A stretch of DNA of 64,000 bases from an uncultured Pseudomonadota bacterium (GTDB taxonomy: Bacteria > Pseudomonadota > Alphaproteobacteria > RF32 > CAG-239). The stretch spans positions 6,822 through 70,821 of the forward strand of contig CASFMW010000011.1 in assembly GCA_949295935.1 (NCBI GenBank), written 5' to 3'. The notes below the pieces were generated by a model, which saw only the letters and a list, made by a program, of their open reading frames with translations, had not been told where the DNA came from and did not search any database. The translations under genes and the position numbers were made by a program. Below, in pieces: positions 41,510 to 50,218 of this stretch (positions within the stretch are counted from its first letter, which is position 1; every line of letters starts with the position of its first letter).

Positions 41510-42834
41510 ATAAAAATATCATATCGTTAGACAACACAACTCCGGATAAAGCTCATATCGGAGGAGGAAAATTTGTTGGCTTAGCACAAATCAAACCATT
41601 ATTGGCAAAATACAAAGAACAATATGGTGTTGATTTTGACTTGCCCAAAACTTTTGCAATAACAACAGATGCTTTTAAGAAATATGATATTGCCCATAAT
41701 GGCATACCTGAGGATGTTATTAACCAAGCCATGCAATGCATGGTAGCTTGCGGAGGGAATGTTGCGGTTCGTTCTTCTGCGGATATAGAAGATTTATCAG
41801 GCAAAACACATAGCGGCGAGTTTGAATCGGTTTTATCCGTTAAAAACAAACAACAAATTATAGCGGCATTACAAAAGGTATATCAGTCAGCGCAAAATGT
41901 TAACGGCGCTCAAATGGGGGTGATTATTCAACCCATGATAGATACACCTACGATGGCGGGAGTCCTTTATTCTCAGGATTTTAACGGTGACCCTTTAGTC
42001 GCAATTAACTGGACACAAGGTAAGCCGGCTAATTTTTTGTTAGTTAATAAAGAACAAGGCAATTTAACTAAAATCAGTAAATATGTTCGAACAGATGATG
42101 GTTATAAATTGTTTGAATTTCCTGATATAAAGACAAGGAATAGCCATAATATCCTGCATTCTGCCTTTGATAACTGTATGGGAATGGTTCCTGTAAAGTG
42201 TTTACAAGACCGGAATATGCAATATATTACGCAGTTAACAGCTTTAGCTAATCATCTTGAAAAAGATTTGGGCTATCCTGTCGATGTGGAATTTGCAATA
42301 TCAAAAAATGGTAAAATTTCTGTTTTGCAACAACGGCCCTATATTATGAATAATAACTATGTGGTAAAACAGTTAGAAAACGGAGATTTAGTCGGATATA
42401 ATAAAAACAATCCTATTGTCGCCGGTGAAGTTAAGATAGTTGATTATTTTATATCCACTGAAGAATTTAAACGAGCAAAAGAAAATAAAGATTTTGCAAA
42501 TAAAATATTATTATCCAAAAACGCTCGCAGAAATGATAGTTTTGCAATATTGGCCTGTGTCGATAGTGATGAAAATGTTTTGCAATCAAAATTAAAAATA
42601 GATGCGTGTTACAGAATACATTCCGAGCTTTACGGACATTATGGCAACCAATTTAGAGAAAGAGGCACGCCTTTTTTCTCAACACAAAGAAATGCTGAAT
42701 TTCAACATGTCAAAGACGGTGATTGGCTCAAAATCGATTTACGAACCGGAACCTTTAAAACATTCCCACAAAAAGATAAATCATTTAATATTGCCAATGT
42801 CGTTCAAATGCTTCAAAACTGCCATTATAAATAA
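41510..42834 (+). CDS. PEP-utilising-family phosphotransferase: PPDK_N ATP-grasp + swivel phospho-His-like domain, no recognisable substrate domain
   Basis: IGGGKFVGL, VAVRSSADIEDLSGKTHSGEF, MGVIIQPMI, VDVEFAISKNGKISVLQQRPY (PPDK_N). Then ILLSKNARRND..ELYGHYGNQFRERGTPF..VKDGDWLKIDLRTGTF (mobile His domain pattern). ATG 41510 is preferred over TTG 41473. Confidence 0.7.
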
Positions 42835-42866
42835 ATTCCACAGTAAAAATTTCCTCTTGCGTAAGT

Positions 42867-43583
42867 TTATTTCTTTTTGACAGTTTTATTGCCAATAGGT
42901 GTGTCTTGCTGCGCTGCGATTGATGGAGAATTGTCAAAACCATTTTTGACTTCATGAACCCCTTTTGCAAAACAATACAAGGAAGCAAGTACAGAAAAAA
43001 TACAAAGTAATCTAAAAAAATCTCCAATTTTTTGTGCGGCTATTTCCTTCTGCTTTTCTATGAAAATTTTCATATTAGTATCTTGAATACAATCATCGAT
43101 TCTATTAAGTTGTGTATCTATAAATTCCTGATTATCAGATTTCCGTTCACTACAAACAAAAAGTTTTTCTTCATCATATTTATTATTGCGCAATTTTAAC
43201 ATACTCTGTTGATTTATACTTGCAGAATGATTTTGATAAAAGGTTTGAGCTACATATGCTAATAAAATACATATTACTGCACACATTGCTCCATAGGAAA
43301 AATGTGTCACAGAATTCAATAGAGGTTCATACATATTTTGTATCTTTAAGGAAGTTGAGGTAAACAATGTTAACACGGTAACCGCAGCAGACCCATTTAA
43401 AAGAAAAATGGCTTTTATCCCCATTTTTGCAAAATCGATAACATGCTGTAACATAGTAAAATCATGATTGTCAAATTGTTGTTCCGCCATAAATAATTCT
43501 TGATTTTGTTTATTTAACAAAGTTGAAATATTACTTGCAAACTCTCTTTTATCTTGTCCATTCATATCAATATACTCCTGCAA
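42867..43583 (-). CDS. three-TM membrane protein (238 aa)
   Basis: Hydrophobic helices at about residues 55-75, 95-115 and 195-215. Convergent with the phosphotransferase gene. No known domain. Confidence 0.5.
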   Translation of the reverse strand: MQEYIDMNGQDKREFASNISTLLNKQNQELFMAEQQFDNHDFTMLQHVIDFAKMGIKAIFLLNGSAAVTVLTLFTSTSLKIQNMYEPLLNSVTHFSYGAMCAVICILLAYVAQTFYQNHSASINQQSMLKLRNNKYDEEKLFVCSERKSDNQEFIDTQLNRIDDCIQDTNMKIFIEKQKEIAAQKIGDFFRLLCIFSVLASLYCFAKGVHEVKNGFDNSPSIAAQQDTPIGNKTVKKK

Positions 43584-43776
43584 AATACTTAAAATGTTTT
43601 TTCTTTACCATAATGGTTATAACATGTTACAAAATACGAGTTAAAGAAATTATAGCTAGATTTTAGCGTTTAATCATCAATCTATGCAAGAGTAATAAGA
43701 TTGCTTAATAGTTTTTTTGTGTGTGTTTGTTTAAGCTGAAATTATATAAAATATCTTCTAATAGTGAGACTATAGT

Positions 43777-43791
43777 GGGACAAATTGTCCC
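43777..43791. repeat. perfect 7-1-7 palindrome GGGACAA-A-TTGTCCC
   Basis: Read directly from the sequence. Possible protein-binding site next to the att-like fragment. Confidence 0.5.
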
Positions 43792-43800
43792 GCAGAGGCA

Positions 43801-43834
43801 AAAGAAAAAGGCTTTGAGAATTTTCTCAAAGCCT
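43801..43834 (-). terminator. rho-independent terminator immediately after the tRNA-fMet 3' fragment
   Basis: aggctttgag/ctcaaagcct 10-bp stem followed by tttttcttt on the minus strand. Confidence 0.7.
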
Positions 43835-43845
43835 TGGTTTCTAAG

Positions 43846-43862
43846 TGGTTGCGGGGGCAGGA
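43846..43862 (-). other. 17-nt tRNA-fMet 3'-end fragment (att-like direct repeat)
   Basis: The minus strand reads TCCTGCCCCCGCAACCA (T-stem 3' strand, acceptor CCCCGCA, ACCA). The flanking sequence is not tRNA-like. Confidence 0.55.
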
Positions 43863-44027
43863 CGCTCAACCACAATACACACTAACATATTGAAAAATAT
43901 TAAATTTATTCTAAAAATAGCCCCATATTTTTTGGTTGGTGTGATACATAGTTTGGCACCTTATACCCCTTCATTTTAGATACGTCAAGAGCAAATTTAC
44001 AATATTAAAATTCCCTAATTACAAAAT

Positions 44028-44039
44028 TTAATTGATAAA
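44028..44039 (+). repeat. 12-mer TTAATTGATAAA, copy 1 of 3
   Basis: Exact 12-mer, about 230 bp upstream of the Rep-like ORF. Confidence 0.6.
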
Positions 44040-44104
44040 GAATAAATAAAATTGAGTATTTTATTTTTGTATTTTGGCCAGAATATGAAGTAAAATATCT
44101 CTGT

Positions 44105-44146
44105 GCTGATGATTTTAGGGAATATCAATCATCAGCAGATATTCCC
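44105..44146. repeat. two interleaved inverted repeats (possible nick site or origin hairpins)
   Basis: GCTGATGATT (44105-14) pairs with AATCATCAGC (44127-36). GGGAATAT (44118-25) pairs with ATATTCCC (44139-46). Confidence 0.55.
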
Positions 44147-44266
44147 AAAATAAAAGATTTATTGCGATGGTGTTGTTTATTCGCCCATACAAGATAAATC
44201 TTCAAAAAAACTACAAACAAGCGATAAACCATCGCTATTATTAACTATTACCCAAAGGAAATTATT

Positions 44267-44677
44267 ATGAAAATATTTATGACATTTAACCCACATATTG
44301 AAAATTTATCACAAAGAAATTTAATGATAAATTTTAGAAAATCACTTCAAAAATATTACAGGAAAACACTAGGGTCTCGTTATTTCAAACACAAAGACAA
44401 ACAATATCAAATAGGTGTGTTTCAAGAAGTAGGGGCTAGGGACTTCAAACAACCACATTTACATATCATTATTGATTTACCACTAAACAAGGTCAAAGAA
44501 CTACACCACTTTTTAAGCAATGAGCTTAAAAACATTTATTCATCATTAACCACAGATTGCCAAATTATCAAATCTGGCAAATATGACGAGCAAAATGTTT
44601 ATTTTTATTGCCTTAAAGAAGGGCAATCTATCACAACAAATTCAGACCTATATTTGCCAATTACAGATTTTAATTGA
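44267..44677 (+). CDS. HUH-endonuclease-like Rep protein (short, 136 aa; YagK/YfjJ-inovirus Gp2-like)
   Basis: Motif order FMTFNP (I), PHLHIIID (HUH, II), YFYCLKEG (YxxK, III). Confidence 0.45.
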   Translation: MKIFMTFNPHIENLSQRNLMINFRKSLQKYYRKTLGSRYFKHKDKQYQIGVFQEVGARDFKQPHLHIIIDLPLNKVKELHHFLSNELKNIYSSLTTDCQIIKSGKYDEQNVYFYCLKEGQSITTNSDLYLPITDFN

Positions 44678-44681
44678 TAAA
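44670..44681 (+). repeat. 12-mer TTAATTGATAAA, copy 2 of 3
   Basis: Exact copy spanning the stop of the Rep-like ORF, 20 nt upstream of the next ATG. Confidence 0.6.
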
Positions 44682-44700
44682 TACCTAAAAAGGAGAATAA

Positions 44701-45174
44701 ATGAATTTAGAGAAAACCGTAATAAATGACCGTATAGCAGCACTAATGAAAGATAATAAGGCAATCAACAACAAATTAAAATATACCTCACCAGAGAGCT
44801 TTAAAAAGGCATTAAAAGATAAAAAAGCTAAAAACAATGACGAATTACGCAAAGAAAGAACAAAACGCTATACTTTAGAGCAAGAAGAAGATGCCGAATT
44901 TATTAAAGAATGTTGCCAATATTTGCAAAAATTAGGCATAGTAAAAAGCCAAAGGCAATTCAGCCAACAATTTTTAAGTAAAAGCCAAGATTATTTAGGT
45001 GTAATAATCTGTGAAAAAAGACAACCACCGATTAACCTATTACATCGCCTTGTTCAAAATCTTATTCAAATTCAGCCAATTTATGAAGACAAATACACCA
45101 TCAGCAATTATTTAGATACCTTAATTAACAAGGGTAATCAAATAATCACTCAAAGATTACTAAAATATCTATAA
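44701..45174 (+). CDS. hypothetical protein (157 aa)
   Basis: AGGAGA Shine-Dalgarno. Lys-rich N-terminus. No recognisable domain. Confidence 0.5.
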   Translation: MNLEKTVINDRIAALMKDNKAINNKLKYTSPESFKKALKDKKAKNNDELRKERTKRYTLEQEEDAEFIKECCQYLQKLGIVKSQRQFSQQFLSKSQDYLGVIICEKRQPPINLLHRLVQNLIQIQPIYEDKYTISNYLDTLINKGNQIITQRLLKYL

Positions 45175-45197
45175 ATTAACCCTACTTTCAATTTTCG

Positions 45198-45209
45198 TTA
45201 ATTGATAAA
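45198..45209 (+). repeat. 12-mer TTAATTGATAAA, copy 3 of 3
   Basis: Exact copy about 28 nt upstream of the 45237 ORF. Confidence 0.6.
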
Positions 45210-45236
45210 TTTTGATTTTTATAAAAAAATTAAGGA

Positions 45237-45428
45237 TTGAAAATGGAAATAATCAGAGCATATCAGCAGTTAATGACCTACAATAAAAAATATTCATATA
45301 TCCAAAGCGATGGTAAAATTGTATTTAATCAAAATTGGGCTTGGATTGTTGTCTTCCAAGCCATTAACAAACATAATTTTGCTATCGTAAAATATGACAG
45401 CGGAAAATATACGGTTATAGAGATTTAA
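45237..45428 (+). CDS. hypothetical small protein (63 aa)
   Basis: Short ORF (TTG, or ATG at 45243) followed by a 9-bp hairpin (45435-45458). Confidence 0.35.
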   Translation: MKMEIIRAYQQLMTYNKKYSYIQSDGKIVFNQNWAWIVVFQAINKHNFAIVKYDSGKYTVIEI

Positions 45429-45501
45429 AGGAGAGGCTGTATAATTGCTTATACAGCCCGAGACCTCTTATATGAAAAAAACTATTACTTACCTGACAAG
45501 G

Positions 45502-46119
45502 TTAGAAAGCATATCTTGCACCAAGCAGGAACTCATGAGAAGTAGAGTCAAATTTTACCTTACCCCAATCTTCTTTAATAGTAACATCGCCGGAGTCCAT
45601 ATATCTATAACCAGCATCCAAAGAAAGGTTGTCAGTCATAGCATAAGAAACGCCAGCACCGACCTGCCAAGCGAAATTTGTTTTGCTTTTGCTGATGCTT
45701 TCGTCTGTATCAGCAACTTTACCTTTTAGGCGAGCCATACCGATACCGGCACCGACATAAGGAGTAAATTTAGTTCCTGTGTCAATATCATAGTAAGCAT
45801 TCAACATAATGGAGTTATTTTCCAAAGAGTTCTTCCAGGATTCGCCGTCTTCGGTGTATTTCTTTTCAGCATCTTCGTGAATATTTAATTCAAGTTCGGT
45901 TCTTACCGCACCTGCTTTAATACCGTAAGCGAAACTGCCGCCCAATACATTGTCATCGGCTTTTTCTTTTGCGCCACCGTCTTCTTCCGTATATTTAACG
46001 TCATTAGACATATCGGAATAGGTCAATTTACCAGATACATATTGTTTCAGTTCAACCGCATTTGCATTTGCAGTAAACAAGCAAGCAGCAACACCTGCCA
46101 ATAATAAAGTTTTATTCAT
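45502..46119 (-). CDS. small beta-barrel outer-membrane protein, island-borne paralogue of 19310-19912
   Basis: Signal peptide ..ANANA. Shared blocks with the core copy: FTPY(V/I).AGIG, NF(A/T)W.VG.G(V/L)S, D(A/I)GYR(Y/F), HEF..GARY.F. Confidence 0.8.
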   Translation of the reverse strand: MNKTLLLAGVAACLFTANANAVELKQYVSGKLTYSDMSNDVKYTEEDGGAKEKADDNVLGGSFAYGIKAGAVRTELELNIHEDAEKKYTEDGESWKNSLENNSIMLNAYYDIDTGTKFTPYVGAGIGMARLKGKVADTDESISKSKTNFAWQVGAGVSYAMTDNLSLDAGYRYMDSGDVTIKEDWGKVKFDSTSHEFLLGARYAF

Positions 46120-46404
46120 TATATTTTTTCCTTTTATAAAAGTTTTTTACATAACAAACTGTTCAATCAGCTAAAATATTGCTAAAAACCGAACAGATTT
46201 ATCCCAAAAAATATATAAGAAACAAAAACAAACAATAGAATCCAAGAAAAAACAAGAAAATCAAAGAGACAGGGATAAAAAAATAAATTTATTTGACTTT
46301 TAAAAAGATAGATTTAATATGGAAAAGAATTGTTCCTTTATTTTCAATCACATACAAGTATTTAAAACTTAATCTTTTTAATAAATAAATTAAAAGGATT
46401 AGTT

Positions 46405-47001
46405 ATGATTTACGCATATATTAGAATATCAACTGACTTACAACATCAAGAAAACCAAAAATTTGAAATAGAAAATTTTGCTAAAACAAATAATATCAAT
46501 ATTGATAAATGGATTATGGAAACAATATCATCAAAAAAACCATTAGAAGAACGAAAATTAGGAAAAATATTAAAAAAATTAAAACAAGATGATATTTTAA
46601 TAACTTCTGAAATTTCAAGATTAGGCAGAAATTTATTACAAATTATGTATATACTTCATCACTGTATGAATGTTGGTTGTCAGATATGGACGATTAAAGA
46701 TAATTATAGATTGGGAACAGATATACAGTCGAAGGTATTGGCTTTTGCTTTTGGATTAAGTGCTGAAATAGAAAGAGATTTAATATCTCAAAGAACTAAA
46801 CAATGTTTAGCAAGATTAAAAGCTGATGGAAAACATATAGGACGACCAATAGGAAGAAAAAATAAAATAACTAAATTATCAGGAAAAGAAGATTTAATTG
46901 ATAAATTATTATCACAAAACATCAAAAAAACTAAAATTGCTAAAATGCTAAATGTAGATTATTCAACATTTTATAAATTCTTAAAACAAAAGGCGGTATA
47001 A
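46405..47001 (+). CDS. serine recombinase (resolvase/invertase family)
   Basis: N-terminal YIRISTDLQ catalytic Ser motif, SRLGRN, ERDLISQRT, C-terminal HTH. Confidence 0.88.
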   Translation: MIYAYIRISTDLQHQENQKFEIENFAKTNNINIDKWIMETISSKKPLEERKLGKILKKLKQDDILITSEISRLGRNLLQIMYILHHCMNVGCQIWTIKDNYRLGTDIQSKVLAFAFGLSAEIERDLISQRTKQCLARLKADGKHIGRPIGRKNKITKLSGKEDLIDKLLSQNIKKTKIAKMLNVDYSTFYKFLKQKAV

Positions 47002-47016
47002 ATCCGCCTTATTTTT
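46984..47016. terminator. bidirectional terminator shared by the convergent recombinase genes
   Basis: aaggcgg-tataaat-ccgcctt. Both stop codons lie inside or adjacent to the hairpin. Confidence 0.75.
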
Positions 47017-47557
47017 CTATATAGCTATATACAGTTGGTCTTGTTATTTCAAATTTTCTCGCAATTTCAGCAACGGCAACACCATTTTTATATAAATTGT
47101 TTAATTCTATTACTTGTTCATCAGATAATTTATTTTTACCACCTTTATATTTTCCTTTCGCTTTTGCCAATGCTACACCTTCTCTAACTCTATCATTGAT
47201 TAAAGAACGCTCCAAAGAACTAACCGCAGCCAACATTGTCATCATCATTTCTTGATAAGGGTCTTTTTTATCCAGTGAGAAAGTTAAATTTTCTTTATGA
47301 AATTTAATTGTTGCTCCAATATTGTTTATTTCTTCAACAATATTTAATAAATCACGAGTATTTCTTGCTAATCTATCCATAGAATGAACATTAACAACAT
47401 CACCGGCACGCAAATTTGACAACATCGCTTCTAATTGAGGACGCTCTCTATTTTTACCAGACAATTTATCTTCATATTCCCTATCACAAGGAACATCAAT
47501 TAACTGTCTTTCAGTAGATTGGATTAAAGTTGAAACTCTTTTATAGTTAAAAATCAT
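47009..47557 (-). CDS. serine recombinase (resolvase-like, 182 aa)
   Basis: YKRVSTLIQ, DRLARN, ERSLINDRVREG, C-terminal HTH (VAEIARKFEITRPTVYSY). Confidence 0.9.
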   Translation of the reverse strand: MIFNYKRVSTLIQSTERQLIDVPCDREYEDKLSGKNRERPQLEAMLSNLRAGDVVNVHSMDRLARNTRDLLNIVEEINNIGATIKFHKENLTFSLDKKDPYQEMMMTMLAAVSSLERSLINDRVREGVALAKAKGKYKGGKNKLSDEQVIELNNLYKNGVAVAEIARKFEITRPTVYSYIEK

Positions 47558-47574
47558 TTTTAAAATTCCTCAAA

Positions 47575-47693
47575 TGTAAAATCAATATCTTTAATATGAC
47601 TTTACATTACATAAAAAGTGTAAAATTGTCAAGTATTTTATGTTGGATTTTACACTTTTTTATAATTAAATTTGATTATAGTTTGATTTTACA
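47575..47693. promoter_or_regulatory. res-like cluster of four TGTAAAAT/ATTTTACA half-sites upstream of the resolvase gene
   Basis: TGTAAAAT at 47575 and 47619. ATTTTACA at 47647 and 47686. The inner pair extends to a 9-bp inverted repeat with a 20-bp spacer. Confidence 0.45.
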
Positions 47694-47861
47694 AGTATTT
47701 GAGCAACTTTTAAACAATCAGATATAACAAAAAAGCATAATAAAACTATATTATAACTATTATTTAATAATCTTTGTGTATAAGAGAAATACAATAATTG
47801 ACATTAAAAATATAATATATCCATAATTTAACATCATTAACATATATACGGAGAATAAAAA

Positions 47862-48314
47862 ATGGCTGAAAATTCTAATTCAAACAATAAAAAAACAACA
47901 TTAAACTTCACAGGTCTTGATATGAATGTAGAAAAAGCAAATGTTTTTAACGCAAAAGTTAATTCAATCAAGGCAAAAATCGCCGATAGTATTCAAAAAA
48001 ATCTTAATTACGAAAACAGTATTGAAAATAAATCCGCTCCCGCATCTCAATTATCGCCATCTATGCGTATTTTGAAGGATAGCGGAGATTACACTGTAAT
48101 TACCTTGCGTTGTGGTGCTTATCCAATTTTTAAGAACACTACTAAAAAAAGCGAATATACGCACACTAAAATTTTGTCTTCATTAAAATCAATGCTTGAA
48201 GAAGGACAATTTGACGAGGAAATAAAGGCATATGCCAAGAAAAAACGCACAAGAAAATCAAACGAAGATGAAACAGAAGAAAATTCATCTAAAACCAAAG
48301 CAAAGAAAAAATAA
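47862..48314 (+). CDS. hypothetical protein with Lys-rich tail (150 aa)
   Basis: GGAGA Shine-Dalgarno. Basic C-terminal tail. No domain recognised. Confidence 0.5.
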   Translation: MAENSNSNNKKTTLNFTGLDMNVEKANVFNAKVNSIKAKIADSIQKNLNYENSIENKSAPASQLSPSMRILKDSGDYTVITLRCGAYPIFKNTTKKSEYTHTKILSSLKSMLEEGQFDEEIKAYAKKKRTRKSNEDETEENSSKTKAKKK

Positions 48315-48326
48315 TATATAATATTA

Positions 48327-48353
48327 AAGGGGGATAAATTCCCCCTTATTTTT
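48327..48353. terminator. bidirectional terminator
   Basis: aaggggg-ataaatt-ccccctt followed by attttt. Overlaps the integrase stop codon. Confidence 0.75.
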
Positions 48354-50112
48354 CATTTAATTTCTTTATTTCTTCTAAATTTTTATCTAAAAATGGATAT
48401 TGCAATTTGCAAATTTCTTGATAAAGCACCTTAATTGGAATTTCACCACCATACACACGCTCCCCTATATCACTGGCAGACCAACCGCAAATAGCATTTT
48501 GATACTCTTGCGAAATACCAGCATCTCTTAAATATGGTTTTACAGTATGGCGGAACGAGTGAAATACCTTATTTCTTCCTTCAATTTTTAATCCTTTTAG
48601 ATAACGAGCAAACCACATACTCATAGCATGAGTATAATGATTTTTGGAGCTATACTCAAATTGATAAAATAATCTATCTTTTTTTGCTTCTCTAATGCTT
48701 TTTACAAAGTCAATAAAACCTAATTCTATCAATTTGGGATGTATAGGAACTAATCTTTTTGATTGTTTATTTTTTAGACTTTGGTCTGACCGCTCATTCG
48801 TTAATCTAAAATACCAAATACGATTTAAATACTTAACATCATCAACATATAACTGACAAATCTCATTTAGTCGCATACCTGTATATATCCCAATTAGAGG
48901 AATCCAATACCGCCACGCATAATATATACTATTTTTAGGCGGATAAAATGACGGATTAAAAATATTTTGTAATTCTTCACGATTAAACGCATCAATTTTT
49001 ATAGGGTCTCTCCTCTTTGGAACTTCAATATCATCACTAAAACTTTCCGGAATAAATCTTCTCTTTTTACAATATAAAAGGAACTCCTTAAATGTCCGCA
49101 AATACTTATTGACCGATGTAATTGATATTCTATTTGTTGTTTCTGTTTTTAACAACTCTCTTAATTCTTCTGGCTTATATTTCTCATTCCAACGCTTAGG
49201 AAGTTTATACATTAGCAAAGATAATTTTTGACAATCTTGATAAGTAACATTTTCAATATATTGCTTATCTAATATTGAAAAAGCGGTATAAAGACACAAC
49301 TCATTTTCTTTAATTGAATTTTCACTAATTTTATTATTGCGTTTCTTCTCCGCAAAATCCTTAAATACTCTCTTCCATGGTGTTTGGGTGTTGCTGGATT
49401 TTATTGCCTTTGTATTCTTTGCTAATTCAATAGCAGCAATACACCTTTTAACTCTCTGGTTAATTCCCACAACATCTTCTCCGTTCTGAATGGCGATGGT
49501 GTTCTTATCGATATAGGCATCAACCCCCTTCAAAACTTTTTTAGTATCAATGACCCATTGGCTTATTTTTTCGGGATGAGAAATAATTTTAATATCCTCG
49601 CTATCCAACCGCCCAATCATTTTTACCGTTTGTATTGGCGAACGTTTATCTCGCTTTAAATCGTTAAAATATTCACGAATATACAATTCGACACACTTCA
49701 ACTCTGGTGTAATTGGCGATTGTATAGTTTGTTGTTTTGCCTTATCTAATTTTTCTGGTGAAAATACTTTAACATCATCAAGCTTAAAGGAACCATCAGC
49801 AATATCTTCATAGTTATTTTCAAAAAGTTTTTCGACCTCTTCCAATTTATGAATCACAAGCTTGTCGATATCTGTATCGTCAAGAAATAACTCACCATTT
49901 TTGATTTTCATGTCAATAGCCCTTAACAAATTGATTTTCATATCAATTTTATAGCTTTCTTTTCGCACTTTTTCAAGGGCTTCATAGTAGTTATGCGTTC
50001 TTAATGAATAATTGAACTGAACAGATTTCGCTAAATATACCAATGCTGACGGTATTCTGGCTCTAATGTAGTAAGTGGTGTTTCGCCTAACGAGTCGTGT
50101 ATGCCCATTCAT
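48346..50112 (-). CDS. large tyrosine recombinase/integrase (DUF6538-like N-terminus)
   Basis: N-terminal RRNTTYYIRARIPSAL. C-terminal catalytic region with RLNE, HSFRHT and a terminal Tyr region. Start taken at MNGHTR, with GAGAGG 8 nt upstream; the track ORF extends to 50151. Confidence 0.85.
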   Translation of the reverse strand: MNGHTRLVRRNTTYYIRARIPSALVYLAKSVQFNYSLRTHNYYEALEKVRKESYKIDMKINLLRAIDMKIKNGELFLDDTDIDKLVIHKLEEVEKLFENNYEDIADGSFKLDDVKVFSPEKLDKAKQQTIQSPITPELKCVELYIREYFNDLKRDKRSPIQTVKMIGRLDSEDIKIISHPEKISQWVIDTKKVLKGVDAYIDKNTIAIQNGEDVVGINQRVKRCIAAIELAKNTKAIKSSNTQTPWKRVFKDFAEKKRNNKISENSIKENELCLYTAFSILDKQYIENVTYQDCQKLSLLMYKLPKRWNEKYKPEELRELLKTETTNRISITSVNKYLRTFKEFLLYCKKRRFIPESFSDDIEVPKRRDPIKIDAFNREELQNIFNPSFYPPKNSIYYAWRYWIPLIGIYTGMRLNEICQLYVDDVKYLNRIWYFRLTNERSDQSLKNKQSKRLVPIHPKLIELGFIDFVKSIREAKKDRLFYQFEYSSKNHYTHAMSMWFARYLKGLKIEGRNKVFHSFRHTVKPYLRDAGISQEYQNAICGWSASDIGERVYGGEIPIKVLYQEICKLQYPFLDKNLEEIKKLNEK

Positions 50113-50194
50113 CTTATCGCCTCTCTCTTGTGATACAGGGCTGTGATACACTTGCCGGCAATGCCAAAATAGCGTTTTTAGAATAAAAAAATAA

Positions 50195-50218
50195 CACCTA
50201 ACTTCAATATGTTAGGTG
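50195..50218 (-). terminator. terminator hairpin abutting the tRNA fragment
   Basis: cacctaac/gttaggtg 8-bp stem followed by ttattttttt on the minus strand. Confidence 0.6.

Noticed and set aside
45445-45729. 94-aa plus-strand ORF overlapping the island OMP gene
   Set aside because: It is antisense to a well-supported OMP with a signal peptide and C-terminal barrel signature.
46120-46404. Invertible promoter switch between the island OMP gene and the adjacent invertase-like recombinase
   Set aside because: I found no pair of inverted repeats bracketing the intergenic segment, only a short local hairpin (ctgttc/gaacag).
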